Shown piece by piece: positions 51,330-61,406 of a stretch of 64,000 bases of DNA. The notes under the pieces were generated by a model. It saw only the letters and a program-made list of their open reading frames with translations. It was not told where the DNA came from and did not search any database. Every line of letters starts with the position of its first letter. Position 1 is the first letter of the stretch. The translations under genes were made by a program, and so were the position numbers. Source of the stretch: Balanoglossus misakiensis (Eukaryota > Animalia > Hemichordata); the NCBI GenBank assembly GCA_040954595.2, contig CM082580.2:13256242-13320241 (forward strand). Direction: 5' to 3'.

Positions 51330-54300
51330 ATGGATAATGGCCCACGGTTGTTGGACATCATAGAGTAAGTGCAGTAACAAGTAATTTCTCTTGTTTGGAC
51401 CAGATACATTTGTATGTTGTTTCAAAACGCTGATGCACTAACTATTGTATAATTCAAGTGTCAAAGAAAGTCTTTTGACCGATTTGAGTTATCCTGTAAT
51501 CCTTCATTTTAGCCCCACCCATAATTAATCACCCGAGAGGCCTGATAGTAGGTTTGCGCATCTACTGTCTATGGTTTGCGCAAATCAATTTGTCATACAC
51601 TGATTAACAGGGTTTGATTTGTGCAGCCTTTCACAGATGTTTGATAATTAATTTGCTAAAGTATTATTTTCCTAAGCCAACACGGTTACATTATTGCATT
51701 GCTTGTAATTGTGCTAGATCATATTGTCTAGAAGTACTATGACAGAACGCCATGACCTTTGCACACAATCTGTACCATACAGAAGTTATTTTCATGAGTG
51801 ATGCCATATATTCTGTGGCAGGTGCTTACAAGCACAGTGAAGGGAAGTAGAGCAGAATACTGCGCATCACATGTGAAAATAACTTCTTCCTGGCACAGAG
51901 AGTGTTCAGAGGTCATGGAGTTCGGTTTGTTGCATATGTTCCCTCAGATTTGATGAAAATTGAAGTTTCGATTTTCAGAACAGTGATGTGGCAGTGATGA
52001 CGCAACCCAGACACAGTGGTTCTTTGGCCAAGTTAAGCAGCTTTAGTTATGAAAAGTAAGATCATGTTGGGTCTGTTCGGTGGTTAGGCTAAGAGGTTGC
52101 GAGATCGCGTCGACAATATTCAAGAACACTGGTGATAGCCAGAGATTTTTGTAAATTTGGAGGTTCCCAATTATACTGACAACATTTTGTTCTTCAGATG
52201 ATAGTTGTGAAGGATAGTAAAATGACAATGCCATTACTGCTTAGGAAGTTTTATTGCAAGCTGTTACCAGCGAGGACAGGCCATATCACATGCCTGTACC
52301 TTTCCTAGAATGCTTGCTAGAGTAATTTTGAAACAGTTTGAAGCTTTGTCTTGCCTCCTCACGGGATAGAGCTATAGGAATTTCAAACATGTTGGAACAA
52401 AGGGAAGGATTGGACCTAGTGAATGTTTTCATCCAATTTAAAACTATTAGGGCATTGTTGTGCATGTTTTACTATCCTTTACAAGAAACTTAATCAGGTT
52501 GTGGTCAGAATGCTTGTAAGTTGTAAAAGGGAAGAAGACAGAAACACAACAGAAAATTGAATATTTGCCTCGTATTAAAGAGAGCTTTTCTTATTTCCAC
52601 AGTGATCCACAGGCCTTGGATGATTTCTTCAAAACAAATTTTAACGTTTCTAGTGAAGACACGGATGTGCCATTATCGGTTGGAAATACAATTCTTAGCA
52701 CATCTGACAGCTTCAGCCAGCAGGGAGAGGTAAGTTTGTTTTGAAATCGTCCCTATAAATGTTTCAATGTGTGACCACAGTGTTTCTCGTTGCCACCAGC
52801 TGTATTTTATATACAATATGGAACCATGTTGACTGTTCAGTTGATGGTTTGTTGTTCTTGCAAGAACTGAGCTGTGTTTCCTCTGTTTTGCAGCATCTGA
52901 TGCAATTTTCCCATACTGGTACAATATCTGCAAATACAACTCCTCAAGTGGTGACTGTGACTCAACCGGTACTCCAACAGCAACAGCAACAGCAGCAACA
53001 ACTCCAGACAATACAGACAGGTTTTAATGGCAGCAGTGTGCAGGCAGTGGCACCGAGTAACGTCAGTGTTCAAAGACAGCCACAAAATACACTGACGTTA
53101 AATCAAGCAGTGACGTCTGTCGACAGCAATGCACAGCCACAGATCATCAGCGTTAATGTTTCAGGGGCGCTTAACCAGCCCCAGAACATTTATGTACAGC
53201 GGAATCCCACCATTGCAGCCGGCAATGTTGGTCAGACACAGACGTTGCAGACAATTACCATTGGAGGGAAAACTTACTTGATTCCTCAAAGCATTGCGAA
53301 TACATCTGTTGCCAATGTAGCCATTCAGAATGTAGGCACACAGCAGGTCTCTGCAGGCAGCAATGTTACTCAGCAAGCGCTCAATGTCGGTGGGATTGTG
53401 CCAGGCAGTATTGTGCCTGTACAGACTGTGCGAACAACTCAGAATGTGACACAGTTGCAGCAGCAGCAGGGGAACTCTGCAGCAATCACAAACCCAGGTG
53501 GACAAACAATCACGGTGAACGCTGCCAGTCCCCAGCTTGCTACTCAGTTTCAAAATGTTGCCCAGCAAATATCTGTGCCGGGGACAGCGCTGCAGCAGAA
53601 AATTGGTCAACAGATCTTGACGCAGCAAGGGACGCTGGTGACTCTGCCACAACTGCAGCAAGCGTCCGCCACCAACACTGTTACAACTGTAGGTGGTAGA
53701 CAAATCCGACTGCCTGGCCAGGTTCAACTGGCAAATACACAAATAAGCCGAACTCCAACTTTAATCCAACCAAAACAGCCTGTTGCTATTAGTCCTAAAA
53801 CTCATGTTAACATCAGCCCCAAACCAGCCCAGATTACAATTGGCCCCAAAGGACAAATGACTCTGCAACATGGCTCCAATCTTACAAATCAACCCAACAA
53901 TATTCAGGTTATTCAAAATGCTGCTGTGGCTAATGCCTTAAGGTTACAAAATCAAGGAACTCAAGACAAAAGTGCTGTTGGGTCGCCGTCTTCCTTGCCA
54001 CAACAACAAAACATTATTGTCAACAGTCAGGGTGTACCCATACAAAACATTGTGAGGACTATATCTGTTTCTAATGTGTTGCAATCAACAAGGACTACAA
54101 CGGCGACTGTGGGGGCAAATCAGGTCAGTGTCGCTGGCATTCAATCCAACCAATCTCTTGCCCAGCCAATTATGAGCACCACCAGTACTTTACAGGCAAG
54201 CCCTCAAGTCCAGACAGGTCATGCTGCAAATCCACAGGTACCGTTGGCGGCCCTCACTGTGGCGCAGCAAATCCAGTATCAGGCGCAGCAGCAGAAGTTG

Positions 54301-57300
54301 CAGCAACAGCAACAGATTGTGGGGCAGAAGCAGCCGCAAGCTATGGTTCAACAGCAGATCCCCAAACAGAGCCAGTCGCAAACTGCAGTGTCATCTGCCA
54401 TCATTCAGCCAAATTTACAGAAACAGATCCAAGATCTGAACTTTGCTCAGTTAATCAAGAGTCAGCCGAACGTTCAGGCAAACATTCAGCCGAAGCCAGT
54501 ACAACAACAGCTTCAACAGCCACAGAGTGCAGAGCAACAGCAACAGGGACAGACTGCCAACTTTTCTGCGTCACAAGTGCAACCACCTGTTGCTGTTGTT
54601 CAGCCGCAGTTGAACTCCAAACAGCAGCAGGGAAACCTGAACGTCCAGCAGCAGCAGCCAGCGCAAAGCGGTCAAGTTCAGGTCCCAGCAGACGTACAGC
54701 AATTGATCCAGAAGAGAGAACAGCACCAGCAACTCCTTTACCAGCAGGCTCTCAAGATTCAGAAAGAGAAACAGCAGCAAGTTCAGATCATGCAGCCACA
54801 GCAACTACAACAGCCACAGCAGGTCCAATTGCAGAATGTACAGGCACCCAACACTGCCCAGACCGGTGTGACAGTTCACAGGGTTAGCGCAGGTCAACAG
54901 ACACCGCCACCGAATACAATTGTCATCAGCTCAGCCAACTTGCAACAACTACAGCAGCAGCAACTGCAGCAGCAGCAATCTGTGACACAACTTCAACCCA
55001 TACAACAACAACAGCAAGTCCAGCAAAATGTTCAACAGCAGACGATTCAACAGACTGTGCAGCAGACGCAGCAAATCCAACAACCTGTGTCGCAGTCGCA
55101 GCAGGTTCAACAGCAGCAAATTCAACAACCTGTGCAACAACAGCAGCAGCAACTCCAGGTACAACAGGCAATTCAGCAACCATTGCAAATGCAACAGCAG
55201 CAGATTCAGACAATGCAGCGACCACAACAACAACAACAACAGCAGCAACAACAACAAGTGCAGCAAGTTCAAGTGCAGCAGCAAATGCCACAAAAATTGC
55301 AGATACCACTAACACCTGGACAGCAGCAACAGGCAGGCAAACAGACTGTATATCAATTGAATTTGACATCTCAGCAGAGATTGCAAGTACAGAACAATAT
55401 CCACAATCAAATCAAACAGCTGCTGGCCGTGACAAACCCCACCCCACAGCAGAAACAGCTGCTGAACCAACTGACAATCTTGCAGCAGAGACTGTCGAGT
55501 CAGGGTAAACAGAACTTCATGGTGACCCAGACCACAACAGGGGACGCAGCACCTCCAACCACCACACCCCAGCAGGCCCAGCCCAACTTAACCAAACTCT
55601 TGACTCAGACTCCTGTAGGCACCACTCACACAACCCAGACCAAACAGCAACCACTCACCATCCGCACTGTAGCCACAACGCTGGGGTCTTCATCGCAGGT
55701 CACAGCAGCGACATCGGTTTCTGCAGCGCCAAACATAGTGCTGCCAGAGAAACTACAGATCAGTACTACCAGGGCACCCATAGCACAGACTACCTCGGTT
55801 GTTGCTCCAACAGTTCCTCAGCAGGCAACACAAACATCCAATATGCAGACACCTGTCAAGGTAAGTAGGGGGCCAAGGCAACATGCTTTGTAATTCTTGT
55901 GTGCAAAATAATTTAGCTGTTTGTAAATTAAGTGGGATGTTTACCCAAGTTTCATTTCTTTATTCAGACTGGCCAGATAATAACACTGACCCCGCAGCAA
56001 AAGTTGACAGTGAAACAAATCCAGGAGCAGATCAAAACCATGACTCCAGAACAGCAACAGCAATTCTATAAACATCAACAGGCCTTGTTGCTGAGAATAC
56101 AACAAGCACAGGGTGGCCGTGCCGTGGCACAGAAACAACAACCACTGATTGCCAAAGTCAGTGGTGTCACAACTACAACTCAGGCAGGAGCTCCTTTGGT
56201 GACTGTAGTCAAGCAACAGGCACCTGTAGGGGCCAGAGTACCTATCCAGATTACGGTAAGATTCTCTTGAAATAGTGACAATAGTCAAGTCGTGTTCAAC
56301 ATATTTGTACTAGAGCCTTTTGGTAAAATAGTAATGCTCACTGAATGTTTGCTTGAATTACAGCAAGTTGGCAAGGGTATTAACCAGATCAAGACGTTGG
56401 CACCAGCAATTATTGCACCACAACAAACTCAAACCGTCCAGCAGGCATTGCAGCAGAGACAACAACAGCAAGCTCAGCTGCAGTTTCAGACTAAAGGGAT
56501 AAAGAGACCAGCTGAGACCCAACTCACTAAGGCATCATTGTAAGTTTCATGTCCTTTTCTCATCATCTACTAAGTAGAGCATGTCTGACTGTACTTACTC
56601 ATGTAATGGTAAGCCCAGATGTATACAATTTGATATGATCTATTGTCTGTCTTTTTGAACAGGTTGATGCAAGAGCTTGAAAGTGACCAAAATTCTGTGT
56701 TGAACCCAAGCTTTGTGCCGTTCAAATCAAGAGACGAAGCTGTGAAAAGACTGATGAAATACCATGTGCTCAGTGACAGGGGTCCTGATGAGAATAAAGT
56801 GAAAAGAGGTGAGAAACACAACTGATGTCTTCTGGGACTTCCGTATGTTGTATAGTTAGCTTGTTTTGTCAGTTACATTCTGTCTAATGTTTGGATTCTC
56901 ACTAACTTGCAATGCATATTCCATCTTCAGCTGATGAAATCTTTGAGACAGTATCGGAACAGCTGCTTGAAAAGATGGATAGGATGCTACGCAAGTATCG
57001 ACTACTGCTCTTTGATGAAGCTCAGGTAAGAGACTGAATAATGTACACCTGTGTTTAATCTTGAGTACACACTCAATTGCTATTAGTGTTGCCAGACAAA
57101 GTCTAACTGCAAGCTGTTACCAGCGAGGGCAGGCCATATCACATGCCTGTACCTTTCCTAGAATGCTTGCTAGAGTAACTTTGAAACAGTTTGAAGCTTT
57201 GTCTTGCCTCCTCACGGGATAGAGCTATAGGAATTTCAAACATTTATTTTGTAGCTTGACAATTTCAATCCACTGTACATATCATCCTGTATGCCATTTC

Positions 57301-59432
57301 TCACTCCAGTTAAAATATAGTAAGTAGAAAGTTTTGTCGGAGTCATATAGGCAGTTGTGCATGTAGAGGGAAGCAGGCGAGAATTTGATCATGGTCATAT
57401 TTTTTGATGAACAGAGAACACAACCGTCAGCAGAGATGGTTATGATTGAACGAATGTTCATTCAAGATGAAAAACTATTACTTCAGAAGGAGAAACAAGA
57501 GAAACAGGGTAAGTGTTTACAGTCCATCTTACCCTTTCACCCCCAGTTCCCTCTTTAGACGTTCAACCTTGTCTTGACTAAATGCAAGCTGTTACCAGCG
57601 AGGGCAGGCCATATCACATGCCTGTACCTTTCCTAGAATGCTTGCTAGAGTAATTTTGAAACAGTTTGAAGCTTTGTCTTGCCTCATCACAAGATATAGC
57701 TATAGGAATTTCAAACATTTATTTTGTAGCTTGACAATTTCATACCTGAATTATTTTTTCCAACACTTTTGTAATATCCATGCTCTGATATTTTCCTCCA
57801 GCTCTCACCAGCCCTGTCCCCATTTCTGTAGTCAAGCAGGAAAAGTTGACCACCAGTACTAGTATTTCATTAGCACCGATCAAGTCTTCAGTCGTTGCTA
57901 CAACAAATCCTGCAGTAGGGGTAGCTACTGCAACCACTGCCTATTTACAGGTAGGTCTTATCAGATCTGATCACTTCGGTCTGCCATTTCAATCTGTGTT
58001 GGATTTTCTAATCTACAGGTGTGTATGTGTGATTAGTCAGCATGTTTTCGCTGAATCAAAAATTATAATCTAATGTACTTTCCCCCCTTGATCTTTGCAG
58101 CAAACAAAACCGGTAACTTCACTAGCCAAGGTGCGGACAAATTACATATCCTCTTCAGTTGTGTCGCTGGCACCAATTGCTTCAACGTCTGCTGTGTCTA
58201 TAGCTGCCAGCACACCTCTATTCCAGAGTCCACTGTTGTCATCCTCTGTGTCTTTGTCTCCGGTAACCATAGCAGCAGTTGTGTCGTCAACATCTGCATC
58301 AATACAGGTTGTAGGCGCTGCCAACACAGCAACTGCTGGGACGGTTTTTGCTGCGCCTGTGTTGCAAGGGGTACAGGTAACTCCTACAGCGTCAACTGTG
58401 ACCACTCCGGCGAAAATCGCACCCATAGTTTCACCGACTATCAAACCGGCTTCATCGTTGAACCCTGCTGTGAATAATTCCACAACAACAAGCGCAAGTC
58501 TGCCGCTCTTAACTGCCGCTTCGGTGACCAGTGCAATAAGTACCAATACCCGGCTTCAACAGGAAGCTCACATTGTCAGCAGCAGTGTGGCGGGGACGTT
58601 TGGACAGAGTTACGAGAGCCAGCCCATGGAAGTAGATCTGAAAACTGAAAATGATCAAATTCAAGAGAACCTCGAGGAAAAATCACCCAAAGTGAAACTA
58701 AAAACAGAATCCGATTCTGCAGTGGAGGGCATTCTTGACAATCCTTTATGTAACTCTGGTTTTGAAATGATTGACATAGAATCATTGTCTCCCATGGAGA
58801 CTCACTTTACAGGTGACGATGGTGATGAAATCAATGAGATGTTTGGTGGTAGTCTGGATGGGGCAGACTCCAATATGGCCGATGATGTCTTCGTGTTTGA
58901 CACGGATAAGTTTGACACCAAAGTCCCGGATATTCCAGAGCATTTTGCCGAAGCCCCCAGACCCCAGCCACTTCCCAGGCTGCTGCTGAAGAGTGAGCCA
59001 GAAGACGACAGTTTTGCCGACGGCATTCTGAACAGCCCCGCCCCGGAACTCTTGAATGAACAAATGCAAAGTGCAATTAGTAGCATCCTTGATTTACAGA
59101 GGCCACCCACCCCTCAATTCCAGGCAGCCAGGAAAGATTCCAGCATGTTCGACCATATGGTTCTGCAGGATGTGAAGGAAGAGGAAGCGGAGGAAGGAGA
59201 ATCAGCTGTGGAGAGCCTTCTGCAGGGCATGGAAAATCCCATGGGTACCGGATATGGCATTCCCAGTGACAACCAAAACAGTCCGGTGCACTCCATGCTG
59301 GAAGAGGAGGACTTCTTGGCAAATACGGGTAACACGATGACAGAGGAGGAACTCTCTGTTGAGAACTTGCTGGCCGAACAGGAACCAGAAGACCCTGCCT
59401 TGGAAGAGGCCATTAAAAGTATTATGATGTGA
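51330..59432 (+). CDS. BICRA: BICRA/BICRAL (GLTSCR1-family) subunit of the ncBAF/GBAF complex
   Basis: In-phase exons 51330-51364, 52603-52729, 52894-55860, 55968-56255, 56364-56539, 56663-56808, 56931-57025, 57415-57508, 57802-57950, 58101-59432. N-terminus MDNGPRLLDIIDDPQALDDF; GLTSCR1 domain DQNSVLNPSFVPFKSRDEAVKRLMKYHV..RMLRKYRLLLFDEAQRTQPSAEMVMIERMFIQDEK; C-terminal LNEQMQSAISSILDLQ and LEEAIKSIM. Probably a co-orthologue of BICRA and BICRAL. Confidence 0.92.
51449..52118 (+). ncRNA. Candidate large structured intronic RNA with a terminal H-box/hairpin/ACA module
   Basis: Consecutive stems across ~670 nt with G-U pairs mostly favouring the + strand; H box AGAACA 51977-51982; terminal hairpin ~51984-52112; ACA 52113-52115. 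The 5' end is uncertain. Confidence 0.5.
52255..52392 (+). ncRNA. Box H/ACA snoRNA, copy 1 (BICRA intron 51365-52602)
   Basis: Hairpin GCAAGC..GCTTGC, H box AGAGTA 52319-52324, hairpin TTGAAA..TTTCAA, ACA 52387-52389. 138 nt, sense to host. The 3' pocket is complementary to LSU CCUAU-UC-UCAAACU. Confidence 0.88.
57108..57245 (+). ncRNA. Box H/ACA snoRNA, copy 2 (BICRA intron 57026-57414)
   Basis: Near-identical to copy 1; H box 57172-57177, ACA 57240-57242. Confidence 0.88.
57531..57570. mobile_element. Truncated end of the same piggyBac-type MITE family as 42068-42160
   Basis: ACCCTTTCACCCCCAGTTCCCT is the exact reverse complement of the right end of the 42072-42156 element; similarity then decays. 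Confidence 0.7.
57583..57720 (+). ncRNA. Box H/ACA snoRNA, copy 3 (BICRA intron 57509-57801)
   Basis: H box 57647-57652, ACA 57715-57717. Differences from copy 1 are confined to upper stems/loop; pockets and boxes are unchanged. Confidence 0.86.
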
Positions 59433-59707
59433 ACCATTGCCAGATTGAGATTACAGTGTAACACACCATGTCGGTTCTTTGCAGAGATTGGTCCGTCAAC
59501 GCCCATACAGGCAGGTCACAACAGCCATCATTGCGAGAAGTGTGGCTGATGGTTTGTCGTCACGATGCCATCCTGCAAACGGCCAGTGTGTGTTCACCTA
59601 ACTTGTTTGTGTGCTTCTTAAATGTCTTCAAAGCTTTGGATCAAGTGCAGTACATTTAAAAATAAGGATACTTTATAACTTGGCCAGCTCACTTTTTAAA
59701 ATAATAT

Positions 59708-59713
59708 AATAAA
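59708..59713 (+). terminator. Candidate polyadenylation signal AATAAA for BICRA
   Basis: AATAAA ~275 nt after the stop codon in an AT-rich 3'UTR; more distal sites are possible. Confidence 0.4.
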
Positions 59714-61390
59714 GCATTTTTGAGAAACATTCCATTCAATCATGTCCTTATCTGTCCAGACTAAAAAAATACTGGTAATTGTATTGTAGCCTTGTACTAT
59801 GTGAGTACCGTTGTCTTTTGTATTGTGTTTGTAGCTATAAACTCGCTGTTTTCAGGGTATTACATGAAAGGGGAAAAAAGAAAATATTTTAATGCATCTC
59901 AGTCGCCAGAGATGTGAATCTGTAATAATTCCTTTATGTTAAAGTCTGGTTATGCATGGCTTGGAAAAAGCTGCTATGCCAAAGAACTGAAAAAAGCAAC
60001 ACATGTACAGATTTATAATTATATGGATTCTCAAAGAAGAAGATGAAAGTTTAGACTGTACATATTCTGTAATGTGGTATATTTCTAGAAACTTGTAGTT
60101 TTGATATTTTGTATGTGATACCGATGTTGTAAGTTTAGTAAAATATTTTGATGTCTACAGCTATTTAAATTCATTGTCTTCAGATACTTAAAGAGAGAGA
60201 CCAATTTTTTTTTCTAAGTTTCTTCTTTTTGTTGAGTCTGTTACCATGTGTATTAAATATCAGAGTTTTACGTTTATATTTCTACTTTTTCAGTATTTGT
60301 GTAAATTGTGTTGCCATGGCAATCATGATAACTGTATAAATATTTATGAGTAAATGCCACTGTCATAACTTGCCCGGATTTCAAAGTTGCCACTGAAAAA
60401 ATTCCATCTTGTTATTGTCAAGTTGCGTATCTCCTACAATGATTAATAGGGAAGGAACAGAGAACAATGTGATTGGCTGTAAACAATAGAAACAGCTCTG
60501 AGATTTCTCCTTCAGCCTTGTATTGGTCAGTTTGTATTAACCATATTTTGGCATGAAGTAAACAAGGGTTTTTATTTTTAGTTTAAAGGAGTAAAATCAG
60601 ATCTTTTTATGTTAGTTAATGGTTTTCACACATTTTTGCCTCACCTTGCTGCATGTGCTTACATGTGTCATTACAATTACCTTGTCTGATGAAATCTCCA
60701 CACCTTGCACTGACACAAAAGGCAGAATATTACTTACATGATGATTTACAAAACTACCAGTTTGTATTTATTTAAATTAAATTTTTTCCACTGTTGCCAA
60801 GCGTCTAGAGTCAATTACAGTCTGTCAGTGTTGATGAATTATTTTGTCTTGAGGAATTTTAAAAGATTTTTATATCACAAAGTCGATTTATGACAACTCT
60901 GGAAGTAATGCTTTTGGTGCTTGGCAGAGGTGTGTGGAGACCCTGATATTAGCCTGATACATAAAACTAGTATGGCCGTTCTAAAACTCACATTCTCAGT
61001 TCCCATGGAGATTTTTAATTGTACCCAAACCTGCAAGAATTGAAGCCGTGCTTTATCAGTATAAATACAACTGTGACAACTTTTAATTAACTTATTATGC
61101 ATACAAAAAATCATTGTACAGCTATTATTGACTAAATAAAGAAGTGGCTCACTTATAATCATGACTTTAGTCTCTGTTGTGTTTAGTTTTCATGTGTGCA
61201 ACTACGAGGCTGTTAAGACGATTTCCTGGTTGTTCCAGAGTACGCCCTCTTGAGTATAAATGCGACAATTACTGCTAACCAGCTCTGCAGCAAGCAACGC
61301 GAATAAGTCATGCTCTGCAAATGCACATGCTAACCAAGCCAACTACATTGTATGACCAATACCATGAAATAGAAAGTCGCTTTTCTATCA

Positions 61391-61406
61391 ACAGCGCCAT
61401 CTAGAC
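61391..61406 (-). promoter_or_regulatory. Candidate CTCF site
   Basis: ACAGCGCCATCTAGAC shares the 13-bp core CAGCGCCATCTAG with the site at ~11744. Confidence 0.4.

Noticed and set aside
51449-52118. Large H/ACA-ended RNA as telomerase RNA
   Set aside because: No CUAACCCU-type template for TTAGGG on the sense strand. CCTAAGCC (~51671) would fit only TTAGGC telomeres, which are not expected for this kind of genome. No clear CR4/5 was seen.
52759-52893. Start of the 1044-aa ORF as the true BICRA N-terminus
   Set aside because: This part is intronic; the acceptor is at 52893 and the conserved N-terminus is on upstream exons.
52673-55369. Leu/Ala/Val-rich minus-strand ORFs
   Set aside because: Antisense shadows of the CAG/CAA-rich BICRA exon.
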